Origin: Trichosphaerium sp. ATCC 40318
Lineage: Eukaryota > Protista > Tubulinea
Assembly: GCA_038496445.1 (NCBI GenBank)
Contig: JALMLS010000423.1
Location: 1-64,000 of the forward strand
Direction of reading: 5' to 3'
Length of the DNA: 64,000 bases
The translations under genes were made by a program, and so were the position numbers. How positions within the stretch are numbered: position 1 is the first letter of the stretch; every line of letters starts with the position of its first letter. The notes under the pieces are model-generated. The model worked only from the letters and a program-made list of their open reading frames with translations. It did no database searches and was not told where the DNA came from. Shown here in pieces: positions 24,948-38,479 of this stretch.

Positions 24948-25831
24948 TATTTGTGAGAGATAAATTTATGATTCGATAAGAAAAGAAGTTCCAAAAATAC
25001 TCACACAACAAATATGTGTAGCTTCCGAGTTCTTTTACAAGTTTTTCCTGTTGTGCAACTCAGTTGTAGAACAAACCTAGGGTCAATAGACACACCCATA
25101 GCTCAAGAAGTTCCCAACAAGTTTAAAAGTTCTGTGCAGTTACTATAACTTGATTTAGCATCACCAAATAAAGTAAGCGATGCGCACTGCACTACACTAC
25201 TAAAACAATCCTCTCGTAGTGGTACTATTATTGTTAGCCTTTTCCTTTCTCATTTTATATTCCAGACACCGTAGCCTTATTTGTAGTTCTAGAATGAGCT
25301 CTATACAAACAACTTAGCGTCGGCTGGCGGTATTCTAGGTTTTCGGCATTGTCTTCCGCTTCTGGATGTTTGTAAATTTAAAGCTATTTCGCGCATGGTA
25401 TACATAACCCTAGGCTATGCACTACTAAAATACCTCACAAACCAGAGCTAGTTTTAGAATTGCGTATTTGGAACTCACCTACGCCCAACAATATTTACGG
25501 CGCTCAAACTATAGTTTTACGCTTTGATCAACTTGGCATGTACTCTTGGAAGTGCTGTGCGTAGTGACAAATTAAGTAGAGATTTGTTTAAGAACGAAAC
25601 GCAAATATTTGTATTTCACAAAAAGGCAACCAATGTACCTAGAGCAAGCTCTGTAAACCCTTTTATGGTTAAGTCAGGGGTTGACGTCATGTGTACGCCA
25701 TAGCAGAGGTATTCTGTACAAGCTGAGAGTGGAGAAATTTGCGGATTTTCGTTCCATAGATTTCTCCCGGAAGCATCTAGAAGCATCAAATGTGGGTTGG
25801 TTTTACCATTTATTTGTCAGTTTTATACACA

Positions 25832-26793
25832 ATGAGCGCCGCAGAACCTACAACCCAACGTTTCCCAACTGCCTACATTCCACATGGTACATAATTCCAC
25901 GAGTCAACCGTTACGCTTATCACCTATGCATAGGCGGTGGTCCATGCTTCTTTATGGACCCACACCCTGTGTTTAATTTTGACACTGTAAAAGAATACCT
26001 CCTCAAGCTACCTAAGATGTTACCAACGCGCCCAAAGGCAATCTTGGTTATATCAGCGCATTGGGAAGAGAACGAGTTTACAGTACGCTAAAACATAACG
26101 AATAGTATTCTAAACGCCGACGCAGGTAACAACAAACCCAAAGCCGCCGTTAATCTACGATTACTATGGTTTCCCCGCTCACACTTACAAGCTCAAGTAT
26201 CCTGCACCAGGAGCACCAGAGCTCGCAAACCGCGTATGCGATCTTCTAAAGAAAGCCAACATCCCTTGCAACAAAGATAATTCCCGTGGCTTTGATCACG
26301 GTGTGTTCATACCACTCAAGGTAACTGATGAATCTTTACATGCTATTTATTGACATAGTATTTTTTCTTTAAGGTGAGCTATCCTGACGCTGATATACCC
26401 GTCATTGCGCTCTCTTTAAAGAAAGGGTTAGATGCAAAGCAACATATAGACGTGGGCAAGGCTCTTGAACCGTTAAGAAAGGAAAACGTTTTGATCCTTG
26501 GAAGTGGTATGTCGTTTCATAACTTGGGTGCTATGCGTTCAAGAGGAGGTTCTTTATCTATTTCAAAAGAATTTGATGATTGGCTTAAGTCAGCTTGTAT
26601 CGAGCCAGAGGAGAAAAGAAACGCCAAACTTACAAATTGGGCGTCAGCCCCAAAAGCACGTGATTGTCATCCAAGAGAAGAACACCTTATACCACTAATG
26701 GTATGTGCTGGTGCTGCTGGGAGTGATCTTGGTAGTGTACCTTTTAGCGGCGAGGCAGCAGGAGCTATCGTGTCTGCTGTTCACTTCACATAG
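25832..26793 (+). CDS. DODA/LigB-type extradiol ring-cleavage dioxygenase (4,5-DOPA dioxygenase/YgiD-like)
   Basis: YIPHGGGPC, ILVISAHWE, LIYDYYGFP, RGFDHGVFIPL, YPDADIPV, GSGMSFHNL, CHPREEHLIPL. Confidence 0.95.
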
Positions 26794-27126
26794 AAATAGA
26801 GTGTCCATCTTGTTTAATGAGATGTTGTAGTAGTAGTTGTAAAATTAGCAATAATAAATTCGCTTTGAATTTGTACAAATGCATTTTTCTCACTTTATTC
26901 TTGTGATGTTTACCTAGTTCTTGTAGTTGCAAAAACATGCTAACCAAAAAGTGAGAACAACAACTGCTTTATTACAACACCATCTACCTTTACAGGTGTG
27001 GTATTTTTTAAAAAAATTACAAGCCTAGCACTACCATAAACGTGTAGTGCTTGTTGTTCGTCGGCTGGTTCAACCCAAAAAAGGGTAAAATAAAAAACAT
27101 GTCAAAGTGTTTTCTTTTTTACAAAA

Positions 27127-30100
27127 TTAGTTTTTTCTCGATGTGCCGTTCATTGACAATCGTTTTTTCTTTGATTTCTTGGGCGTTGATTTCCGTGGTG
27201 TGGTAGATGAGACCCTTCGTTTTACGTTCTTACGATGGAATTGTGTTTCTTCATCGAAAACGATATTTTTAAACAATTTTCTCAATTCTTGGTATTCCGG
27301 TAACCCTGAGTAATTTTTAAATGATTCTCTATTGTCAATAGACCCATTCAAGTGTGGTAATGCATCCTAAATTATTATAAGACTTCAATACATCATATGA
27401 AAGGATCAAGATGAAGCAACAAAAAAAAAGATGAAAGCACGTACATCAAGAATTTCTTCGTCTTTTTTAACTGGAGGCTCTGGTTTTGCTGTACCATTTG
27501 GTATGGACTCCATATCAACATCCATGTTTTGTGGAATAGATACAGTTGTTTTAGGGAGCAATAAATCAAAGAAGGAGTCTAAACAAAATGTAAGAAAAAC
27601 AAAATCAAAACCAGTCAAAAAATACTAACCTCCAAATACTACTGGCGTGGGCATTGCATGAGTAGGTCCAGAAAATATCTTTGTATCGAATAATTCTTCT
27701 AGCACAGGTGTTGTTGCATCTACTTGAGCTACTTTGAGCTTATTTATTGAGTTTCGCCTGTTTTCATTGACCTTGTCCTAAACCAGAAAAAATGAGCTCT
27801 TGCTTTGTCAAAGTTCTCAAAAAGAAAATATTACTAAACCGTACACTTAAGCGAGAGTCTGCCAATACAGCGTTTTCAACAAGGGCGCTAGCTGCGTCCA
27901 TTTTGGCTTGTTTATCATCTTCTTCAATCTCACAAGTAGCCAAAACACGCCATGTTAATGAACTTGTCATGACAATAAGGCAGTTAGGTTTAAGACCAGA
28001 TTGACTCACTTTCCAAAAGAAAATCGCTACAACAAAGAGTAAGCAAAGAACTATTTTGTTGTAAGAGAATCATGATAGATACATACCTTTTATATCACCT
28101 TTCTGGAAAACAAGAGGTTTTGGGCTCTCAGCATCAAAAACAAACAAGCAATGTGTTTTTCCAGGTGTTCCACCGTCCATACGAGAATACACCGCAAAAT
28201 TATTACTATTTGGATCAACTGCAATATCTTCAATATTCTTAAGTGTGTGGCAGTATCTAGATGACACAATCAGTATGGTAAAGTCAACACAAAAACCACA
28301 AAATGACAACATACTTTTCTTTGTAGGAGAACATATCAAATACGTATAACCGCTTGTTTGATGCTACTACTAAGTACTTCTTTCCAACAAAAGCGAGTTT
28401 ATGTATTACTTCATCAAAATCTCGGACAATACGTAAAGTACGTCTTAGTGTGTTTTTGTAAGGATCCCAGAAAGTAAGCAACTAAAAACAAACTTAGAAC
28501 AAAAAAAAAATACAAAAAATGATTAACGTACTTGTTTGTATGCAATAACAAGCAAGGAGCAGTCAATTGAGAGTGCAGCTGCTGTAGCTTCTAGAGATTG
28601 ATAGTACCCGAAACTGTAGCATAACCAAGAATCAGCAGGCCAGTTAGAGCCTTCACAGAACAAGTTAGCAAACAATGATAACAAACCATAAAAAAAAATA
28701 GAAAAAAAGAAAAAAACTTCAAACCGTACCTTCACGTTCTTTCTCCTTGATAGGCGCCCACACATAATATCTTCCGTTTTTGTGTACAGATATAATTAAA
28801 GAATCATTTGTGTGTCCAAGAAGCTCAATAACGTCTTGACTTGGTAAAGGAATCTCGCAAGTTGGGTCATATTTGTAGTATCCTTTTGTTGGATTTCCTT
28901 GGTAAATAGCGAGAGTAGATTCGCCTGGTAATTTCTTGTGTTGTCGGACCTTTGTAGATTTTAGAGAACGATCAAAAATAAGAAAATAACGAAACGTACA
29001 AACGCCAAATAATGACCACGTTTTATCCATGTGAAGGCTTTAGCACATAACACAGGTTTCATGCTACTATCCCATGATTCTGTAAGTAAATTTTGGTTGT
29101 AAAGTTCATCCACACGAGGTTGTGACACTTTGATTGCATCCAAATACTTGTCACTAATGTTTAATTTAGTAATCGATTTCTTTAAGAGTGTTCGTTGTCG
29201 TACTTTAATGGATCCATCAAATGGATTGTGCCATGTAAACCTGAAAAAGCCACACAACCTTTAGAACCACAAACATACATTTTACTACCAGCTGACACTA
29301 TTATTGGCTTAGTGATTGTATGCAACGCTTGATAAAACGAAGAAACGTACTTGGTTCTGCAGAGCGAATAACTCCCTCAATACCTCGGGAATTAGACGAA
29401 ATTATGACAACCCTGTTATCTTGGAGGGATAAAGCAACATACTTTCCAGATCTTGAAGCAGATATACCTACAAAAAGTTACAACTATAAAAATTTTACGC
29501 AGTTTTTTTTTTGCTTTTGATTACGAGTTACATAACAGATACGTACGTGTAATAGAAGCACCCAACTTTGGTACAAAACGTTTTGTATTTTGTTGAACAT
29601 CAGTCATTACAAGAGTGAACTAAAACAAAGCCGTTAATGCAACTGTATTGTCAAAACGTAATAAAAAAAGAATACCTCGTAACCTCCAGAATAAATTACA
29701 CTACCATTTACGCCATACTTAAGACAGCGCACTGGACGACTGTGCCAATGGTCAGTGGATATATCAAAACAGTCAGCATATCTATAAAAACGAGTAAGTT
29801 AAGAAAACAAGACTCTGATAATGGTCAAAGGGGTACCTTCTCTTACTCTTGTCGTGGATACCACATAATCTCTCTGGGGATATAGTAAGACCTCTAATAG
29901 TTCTTGTTTGCCCCAATTCGTCTCCAATTACAAATGAATCTTCCCGTGGATGTACTGCTAGCGACACGATTTTATTTACAGCTTTGTGTTGTCGCACCAA
30001 ATTCATCCTAAATAATACAATCAAAAACAAAAAGTGGAAAAAAAAAGGGTAGCTTACCATAATGCTCTGTTTTGTTTAGGGCTGCACAACCAAACGCCTG

Positions 30101-31015
30101 TGCTTGTTGCTACAACTATCCAATTTCCTCTTGGTGCTGCTGCCATGTCTACAATACTACCAATTGTAGCATGAACAGAAAAAGTCATGTTCTTTACTGA
30201 CAGTACTCCCCTTTTAAGAATATCAATAAAAATCTTGGTTGTCAAAATGATCGATTTAACGGATAAACGAACATAAAAACGTACTGTTCAGGTGCTACAC
30301 GCTTAAATGTGCCTTTGCGCATGTTCAAGGCGTAAAATGTGCCGTTAAAAAGGACCACTCGGTGAATTTTCATATTTATTTCTACTGACTAATTTGTGAC
30401 ATGAGAAAAACAGTAGACGCTTGTTTGAATTGTAAATAATACGTACTGCTGCAATTTCGCCTGTCTTTACATCAAAAGTAATAACTTTTCCATTAGAGGC
30501 GAATGTGATAATCTATATAAGCTTTGTTAGTTCTATGGCTAATTTTATCAACTAGGACAACTTTGTAGAAACAAACAATCGAGTTTTGGCTTTTTTTCTA
30601 ATTTTCAACATCTATTTTCGTTCTCTACGCTTAATTTTATGCGTATAGTAGCGTTTTAACGCGATACGAGCGCAAAAAAGCAGAGTATTGGTCGGCTGTA
30701 GCTGTACCTTGTTTTGTTCCGTGGGGTGCAAAAATACGTATTTTACTTCGCTTGTGTGACCTGTGGCATGTCACGTATTCCGTTTTTTTACAAATAGGTC
30801 GTACCTTTGTAAATTTGTGTAATAGCGGGGTTTTTCACTGAGTAGCATCTAACCGTGTTCATACACGGGACAAATATGCTTCTGAAGAATGATATCAGAA
30901 AAATTTGTGAGTATCGCCTCAAAACGCACCGGCTGTCATTAGACCACTCTATATCGCACTTATTGAGGAAGCCACCAGACTCCCTTGTCTCCTTCCACCA
31001 ACTATTGGCGCTCAT
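27127..31015 (-). CDS. WDR75: WD40-repeat protein, likely WDR75/Utp17 (t-UTP, rRNA processing)
   Basis: N-terminal GG...IEWSNDSR.IFVPCMNTVRCYS; LAVHPREDSFVIGDELG; IYSGGYEFTLV...RFVPKVGASI; ALSIDCSLLVIA..LLTFWDP; C-terminal IFSGPTHAMP...DSFFDLLL. Confidence 0.7.
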
Positions 31016-31191
31016 GGCGCTAAGAACTCAAATAAGAGGCACCCAGCATTTATGGAGTGCTTTCTGATGAGAAATTAGAACGAACCAGACTATACAAACT
31101 TTCGCCACTTTTTTCTCACACAAAAACCACAAAGGCCCCTGAGGCGTTTAAAGGCTTCAGTAACAACTACTTATCGTTAATAGCGTACTAC

Positions 31192-32778
31192 ATGTTACTG
31201 GCACGCGCCCAAAGAGCGCAAATGCGCAGCACTCGTGTTTTTGCGCAGCGCACGCCAGCATACAGTCGGAATGTGCGTGGTGTATCTAACTACGCTACCC
31301 AAGCCGTTTGTAAGTGTCACTAAGTAAGATCACAATTAACGCTCAACTACAGTATCGGACAGGGAATTTAGACCGTTTCAGCTTACATCCAAATCTTTTG
31401 TAAACCACAACACTTCTGTATTTACATTTAAATTACAACCAGAAACAAGCTTGAACATACCAGCTGGCAAGCATTTAAACGTCAGGTACGTTTTTACGCG
31501 ATGCAAATGATTTACACTTGGTGTAGAGCTAAAATAGGAGATGAATTTGTCACACGGCCTTTTACGCCTATTACAGTACGTCACAACGCTTGTTGATTCG
31601 TAACAATATTGAAATACACCACTTCAAGGACCAAAACACTCCTGGACGCATAGATTTCCTCATTAAAGTACGTGAGAAGCATATTCGCGAAGCTTTATCA
31701 CCGTTGCTTCGTAGCAGCGTAAATTACCATCAACGTCATTTCAACCGTAAGAATGCAGGTTTACAACGCTGGTCTAATGTCAAAGCACATTGCTGATATG
31801 AAGCTTGGTGATCACTTGGAAATAATGGGTCCTACAGGCACTTTTAACTACCAGTCACAGAACTACGAACAGTATGGGTTAATTGCAGGCGGTTCTGGCA
31901 TTACGCCAATCCTACAGGTACGTGAGATTAGCGATTTTCAACAAAATTTGGCTGACATTTCGTGTTAATGTCAAAAAAATCAATAGGTGCTTAGAGAAGA
32001 ATTGAGGTCATCGCCGAATACCAAACTATCTATGCTTTACGCCAACGATCATACTGAGGATATTTTACTAAAAAGTGAGTTGGACACAATGTCAAAGGAA
32101 AATGATAGGTTTAATCTTACTTACGTTGTAAAGGAGGTATGCAAAGCAACGTACGCCATTAAGCTATACTAACGTTCTATGTGGCCAGGGAGAAACAGGT
32201 GAATCGTATGAGAAGGGATTCATTAATAAAGAGCTTATTCAGAAGTACATGCCTTCACCTTCAAAAGGCAGTAAAATTTTGATATGCGGTACATTTACAC
32301 GTTTAATGTAAGTTTGCTTGAAATTAATACATCTCAAAAGGTCCTCCAGCAATGGAAGCTGCAATTGTTCAGAGCTTAAAGGAGCTCAACTACGAACCAG
32401 ATATGTATTTTACCTTCACACAACTACAATCAAATGGAAACAAAGATAATGTTGCAAAAGAAAAACCAACATCAGAATCTACACCACGACTTACAATGAC
32501 AGAAGTCGCAAAACATAATAAAGAAACAGATTGTTGGATGGTTATTGATGGACAAGTTTATGACGTAACAAAGTTTGTTTACGAGCATCCAGGAGGCTTA
32601 ATGATAATGGTACGAATCCTTTTACTGCAGAATAAGGTAACACTTTGTTCTAATCGCCCTACTCTAGGATGGCGCTGGAGTAGACGCTACACAAATGTTT
32701 AATCAAGAGTTTCCTCACTCTGATTGGGCACGTGATTTATTACCACAATATCTACTTGGACCTCTAGAAAAAGAATAA
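31192..32778 (+). CDS. NADH-cytochrome b5 reductase fused to a C-terminal cytochrome b5 heme domain, with a putative mitochondrial presequence
   Basis: RPFTPIT, IKVYNAGLMS, IAGGSGITPILQV, LYAN..EDILL, CGPPAM, then EVAKHNKETDCWMVIDGQVYDVTKFVYEHPGG...DAT..F...HS. Confidence 0.92.
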
Positions 32779-33362
32779 AATATAAGTATGAAAACAAACG
32801 ACAAATTAGTTAAAACCAAAGTATTGAATACAATTTGTTATGTTTGTTTTTTATTTGGCAAGTTGTTTGGCCACGTGATCCAGGTGGATAGGAGTCATAC
32901 ATCACTTGCCGTGTTGTTAGAAAACACATCTGAGTGGATTTGTCACGAATACGTCCAATAGTTCCATTGTGTCTGACTAAGTAATCCACAGTGACCAACA
33001 ATTCGTATTGTGGGAGTAGTGCGAAATCCTGTACTACAACTCCACATTTATATTGATTTAGGTTACAGTTCGTACAAGGGATGCATGTCCAAAAACTTTC
33101 AAGAATAAGAAATGGAGAAAGATTAAATAAACTTGACGTTTGTTTATTGTAACTATTTTCTCTTTTTTTTCTGTTAATCACGTTGCTTTGGGGACCAAAA
33201 AACAGAGAGTTACTTTGCAAGAGCTTGTAATTCCAATTGAATAGCAATGGAGCTGCAAGTTGGCATCCAGCTCATGGAGGAAGAAAAACCCAATAAAACA
33301 AAAAGAATTGTTACAATTTGAAAGACTACTTATCAAAACTGCAAAGATTTATTTGGGACAAC

Positions 33363-34289
33363 TCATTTGTACACAATTACACCCTTATTTTTGAAGTCAT
33401 TCACACATTTTTCAGACACATTTTCACAACCTACCAACAATAACTTCTTAACACCTAAAAGAGGAGCAAGCCAGTCATCTGATACATTTGTATATGACAG
33501 GTCAATGCGGTATGCACTTGCTAGACTTTCCATACATGCTCTGGTTATATGTTTGCAACAGCTTAGATTAATTGAATGTACACCGGTTAGAGCTGAAACA
33601 CCTTTATCCGTTACTGATGTACTACTCAAAATTATGTTGTGAACACCAGCTAATGATGAGATACCTTCATCTGTGATGAGTTTACACCCACCTAAATTGA
33701 TTGTATGTACACCAGATAATTTGTACAAAACATCATTTGTAACCTTACTCCCTGGCACATGTATAGAAGGTACTCCAGCAAGAGCTTTTAATCCATCATT
33801 TGTTCCTCCAAATTCAGAAAGAAATATGAACTTGAGGTCCTTTACAATTGATTTTAAGCCTACGTCACTAATACCTGGACATCTACATATCACCAAGTTT
33901 TCAACACCACTGAGAGTCTTTATTCCTTTATCTGTAATATGTTTGTTCTTATAAAGGAATAAATATTTAACACCACAAAGAATAGATAAGTCTTTATCTT
34001 TTGCACCAGGGAATTTTTTGAAAAGTATTTTGGTGTTTTTGAGAAGTGGGCTTCCAGAAAGTAGTTCGCAACACTCACTTGATTTGACTTGGATAGAATA
34101 GTATCCAATGTTATACCGCACAATGTTAGATAATCGCATACAGCTCTGGGATGCACTAAATCGATCAGGCCTCTTCAAAAACTGCAGTAAGTGGGTAATT
34201 ATCTCTGTAGGTATATCCAAAAGCTCAATACTACTTGTTTTACCGGATATTTGGTGATGCGTAGATACCGCGTTTGTTTGGGTGTCCAT
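33363..34289 (-). CDS. Intronless F-box + leucine-rich repeat protein
   Basis: LLDIPTEIITHLLQFL (F-box); about 22-24 aa repeats such as LSGVHTINLGGCKLITDEGISS; 308-aa uninterrupted ORF. Confidence 0.9.
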   Translation of the reverse strand: MDTQTNAVSTHHQISGKTSSIELLDIPTEIITHLLQFLKRPDRFSASQSCMRLSNIVRYNIGYYSIQVKSSECCELLSGSPLLKNTKILFKKFPGAKDKDLSILCGVKYLFLYKNKHITDKGIKTLSGVENLVICRCPGISDVGLKSIVKDLKFIFLSEFGGTNDGLKALAGVPSIHVPGSKVTNDVLYKLSGVHTINLGGCKLITDEGISSLAGVHNIILSSTSVTDKGVSALTGVHSINLSCCKHITRACMESLASAYRIDLSYTNVSDDWLAPLLGVKKLLLVGCENVSEKCVNDFKNKGVIVYK

Positions 34290-34926
34290 TATGCTAGTTG
34301 AAAGATAAGAAAGCTATTTTATAACTTTTTAGCTTGCTGTTTGCTCTACACCCGTGTGGTAAAATGTATGTTTTTTTACCTTAGTCAGCTGTTAAGGAAA
34401 GGCAACACGTGCTTTTCTACGATTGCTCATTTAGCCAAAAGGGCGAACATGAACAATAAATCAATCACTGTAAAGATTAATAGCCAATATGTCGATCCCA
34501 AACCATAATGACCCAAAAATTCCATTTATTGTCCCGAGTTTCTACTTTTCGCTTGCAAGTGCCTTATCCAAAACAAGTTGTAACTCATCCTAAATGAATA
34601 CAATGTCATTTCTTCAAAACATGTTAAACCTCCACGCATGTCGTCGAGTATGCCACGAGGTTTTGCAATAGTCAACATACTTGCCTTTCGTAGCAGTCAA
34701 CTTTAAAAAACTGGATCTACGAAAAAAAAAGGAACGATTGCGAAGTACGTTTGAAAAAACGACAGAGAAAAGAAGATGTGAGTAACGGAGAAGGACAAAA
34801 CTAGGCGGTTATTGTGGTTGTATTCCAGTCTTTATCAGTTTATGTACAAGCTATTTTACAGTGTTCTCACAATCGGATAAAATCCGTTAAATTAATAATA
34901 ATACAACCAAGCGAGATTTGGTTTGT

Positions 34927-35433
34927 TTAGTCCATGTTATCATAGTCAATGTCCTCGTCAGCGACCTCTTCTTCTTCTAGGTCGAACTCGGTATCATTGA
35001 CTTCAGTGTCTGGGTAGCGGTTTCTGCGGGACCTGCGAGTGGCAGGAGCTTTGATAGAGCCTGCTTTATGCCAGTTACCGTAAATGAAACCGTGTTCTAA
35101 AAGAGCGGTTAAAAAGTCGAATTATAGCGTACACGAAACGAGGTGAACGTACCATCAGGAGCGGTTGTGCTGTTTGGTGGAAAGTGTCCGCGAATTTTGT
35201 TTTGCGCTAGGCGAGTGGAGCGGCGATCAGATTTATAGTCAGCTGAAGCGTTGTTGGCGATTTCGGCGAGTTGGCGAGACTATTAGGCGTTAGAAACAAG
35301 AACGCACTTACCCGTAACTACAGACTCGTAAAGAACTTACCCACGATGTTTTAGCTGGTCTCCTTCCTTTGACAGGGGAGCCGAGGCGGACAGTGCTCTT
35401 CTTACCCTTCTTTGTTGCTCTTCTGCTGGACAT
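34927..35433 (-). CDS. Small hypothetical protein with a basic N-terminus and acidic C-terminus (3 exons)
   Basis: MSSRRATKKGKKSTVRLGSPVKGRRPAK...; EHGFIYGNWHKAG...; EFDLEEEEVADEDIDYDNMD*; canonical GT-AG introns. Confidence 0.65.
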
Positions 35434-35643
35434 GTTGTTGTTACGTTGTTGTATGTTGAATAATGATAAATTGGAGGGAATGTACAATTTAACGGTCGAT
35501 TTTGACAGCTCAAAGTTTGTAGCGGTTATTACCGGTCGTTCTAGGAAAACGAAAGCCTATACTGAGTGTATTGATCGCCAGAACTGCGTTTACACAACAC
35601 ATTAGTTCCCAATTTACAAAACGGTTGTTTTGCTTTAAATCGT

Positions 35644-36784
35644 ATGACCGCTGCTACGTCAATCATCCAGCAATTTCATACGCGTGGTTATGTAGTTCTA
35701 GAAAAGTTTCTGAGGTGAGACATTTAAAACTCTCTTAGCAGCTAATAATGCGTAGTGATACCTTTATCCGCCAACTACGGATAGAATGCGCTAACGCTAT
35801 CAATGTTATGACGAGAGTTTCTAAGCGAACGCTTGCAAGCCACGGATGTGTTCTAGGTAGCGTTTTACGCGTTGGTTTTGATGGTTTTGATGTATACTTT
35901 AACCGCTCTACCTAACTCAAGGCGCAGAAATAAAAAGTTTCATGGCGCAAAACGGTACACTCATCGATGAATTCCAAAGCGCTGAGTACCTTGCTACACG
36001 TGCAAAGCTACTAGAAACAAATAATTCTTTTTTGACATCTGACACATTGCAATCACTACTACGACCAATACTTGGAGATAATATACAGATGGTGCCTTGT
36101 CCCTTCTACTTTATGGAATATTTACACTTACGCGGTGCTAGTTGAACGAACAGTTCATCGTCAAACCACCAAACAGTGGAGACAAATCATTATTTGTGTA
36201 TCACATGGATGTGAGTATTCTTATATTTTTAAGGGTTTTGAGTATCAATTCGTTCGTCTAGGGAGAGTATATGACGTCGTCTGACATGCCGTATATATCT
36301 TGTTGGATTCCTCTAGATGACGTATCTGAGGCATGCGTATCCGTTGATGTGTAAATGAACTCACACGCGCAGGAAAATGGAACTTTATGCTGCCTACCAT
36401 TTCCTAATAACTCGCCTCCCGCTCCAGTGAAACCGAACCTCCAAGCATTTAAACAACACCATACACGTATGGCAGAACAATATCCCAGTATTGATTCATT
36501 ACAAGAAGCAATTGTTAGTGGACAAGAAGTGGACAGTGAGGAACCTATTGTAGTACCTGCAGGTGCGTTGTTTTTGTAATTTAAAAGTACGTAGTTACTC
36601 TTAATGGTAACGATCTTGCAGGTAGCATTGTACTTATATCGTCCTATTGTTTGCATCGTAGCGGTGGTAACATTTCCTCAAAACATCGGCGGTATGACCT
36701 TCAGAGTATTGTAGTTCTAACGTACTTAGCGTTTACATGCCTCAGTTTTGCAACTGGGATCTTTCAGCGAGTTTGCCCGAGTAG
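35644..36784 (+). CDS. Phytanoyl-CoA dioxygenase (PhyH) family 2OG-Fe(II) oxygenase
   Basis: QFHTRGYVVLEKF, EQFIVKPP...YHMD, ISCWIPLDDV..ENGTL, VPAGSIVL....LHRSGGN...HRRVY. Confidence 0.88.
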
Positions 36785-37060
36785 CCGCTCGCTATTATAA
36801 ACAGTTGGAGAGATATTAATTGGTGACAACCATTCAGTTATAGGAGTAGAGGAGTAGGTGAAGTGGCGGCAACGTGGATGTAATGTTGAGCACGTAGGGG
36901 AAGAACTTTGAGAGAAATTTGACAGGATTCTAAACCCAAATCAGATTCTTACTATTTTGAGGTGTATCTCCATTCCACACGTGCACTTTACAGTGACGTC
37001 AAAATAATGTGCGATTATTAAACCTTTTTATTGTATTGTTACATTTTTTTTGTTTTTTCT

Positions 37061-38364
37061 TCATTTGCGTCTTTGGAGTATTCATCGCTTTGGTGTTGGC
37101 AAAGTCTTGCTTAGTATTTGATATCTGTCTTCCTGCTCCATATCTGGGATATTCTCTAAATACACGTTTAATAACATAGCACTATATTACGCTTTTATCT
37201 GTGATGCTTACCTGGTGATGTCTCGTCAGGCACATAACGGAGTTTTCCTCTGTAGAATTTCAAGGCTGAGTCATTGACTAAATACGTTTTAGTTTATCAC
37301 GTGCGTGTCATGAATGAAGGACTTCAAGTAGGTGTATTTAATTGAGTTTTCAGAATGAAAGGTATCGGCAAAGAAGTTACGTTCAGAAGCTTAGAATAAT
37401 TTTTAACATCACAAAACTTTTTTTCTATCTTATTTTTCTCTTCTTCTCGCATAGACAGCGAAGTAACGTACCAGAAAATACCGTCAATAGAATTGCTGAC
37501 ATCTTGTTTTTGTATGCCATGATCTCAATCAACTATAAAACATGATAAGGCCAAAAGGTTATCAAAAAAGAAGAAAAATTCTTATCAATAACAAAACAAA
37601 ATATGCAAAGCATGTGACGTTACCTGCATTAGGAATCTACCAAGACCTTTGCGTTGGTATTCTTCTACTATTTGGATCTCATAAAGATACAATACTGCGT
37701 CTTTTTTGGCTTCCTCCCAGATGTAACGATAGTGGACGAGTCCGACTGGCTTTTTGGCATCATCGTTTGTTGTGACAACAATGTACAATGCTTCGTCTTC
37801 CTTCATTTCTTCAATTTTTTCCTTGTCACTCCATCCCCACGTTTGTTTGTAGCTAGTACGAAGTTGTAAGTTTATTTTGTTTTACCAAACGATTTCGGGC
37901 TGGAACTATTATAAAACCATGCGCGAGGCGTAATAGAACACGTACAATTCTTCCATGTTCTTTTTAATCAAGTCGAAAGCCCAAGTAAATAGTTTTTCTG
38001 GAATATCAGCAACAGGGTAAATGGTAAGGTTCAAGTCGAGTCTGTAAGCGATTAGAGTTGAGAAAAATAAGTTTGATTTTGCAGAAATACAAAATCGCTT
38101 CGTACCCATTTTTTTGGTATGTACTCCATGTCTTGTAGTTATCCAAGTGATTTTCAACTTTGTAGGAGTTTTTTATAGCCTGTGTAGCAAGTTGTACAAA
38201 TTTTGTTTCCTACACGCATTCGTCAGTGACACTACGTCATAAAGATGGTATCGGCGTACTTCTTGACGCCTCAAGATCTTTGCTTTGACCTTATCGCTCT
38301 TTTTTCCTTTCCTCTGTTACTGTTAGAGCTGCAAGTATGTTGTGTATATTGTACGCACAGGCAT
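37061..38364 (-). CDS. NAA40: N-alpha-acetyltransferase 40 (NatD)
   Basis: WAFDLIKKNMEELY...WGWSDKEKIEEM, VLYLYEIQIVEEYQRKGLGRFLMQ, LTVF..N.SALKFY, DETSP. Confidence 0.93.
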
Positions 38365-38479
38365 GGTTTCTAGAGTGTTGTACTGGTGTCACTAAGCTAA
38401 GTTGTACTATTACAAACCTTAACTCTTCTTCGACCGTAAATTGCACCAACATCGCCAACGCTTGTTAACAAGTGTCAAC

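Noticed and set aside
32810-33280. 145-aa minus-strand ORF, and a possible host gene spanning the F-box gene from ~34680
   Set aside because: I could not build a consistent spliced frame or recognise any motif; candidate upstream exons contain stops.
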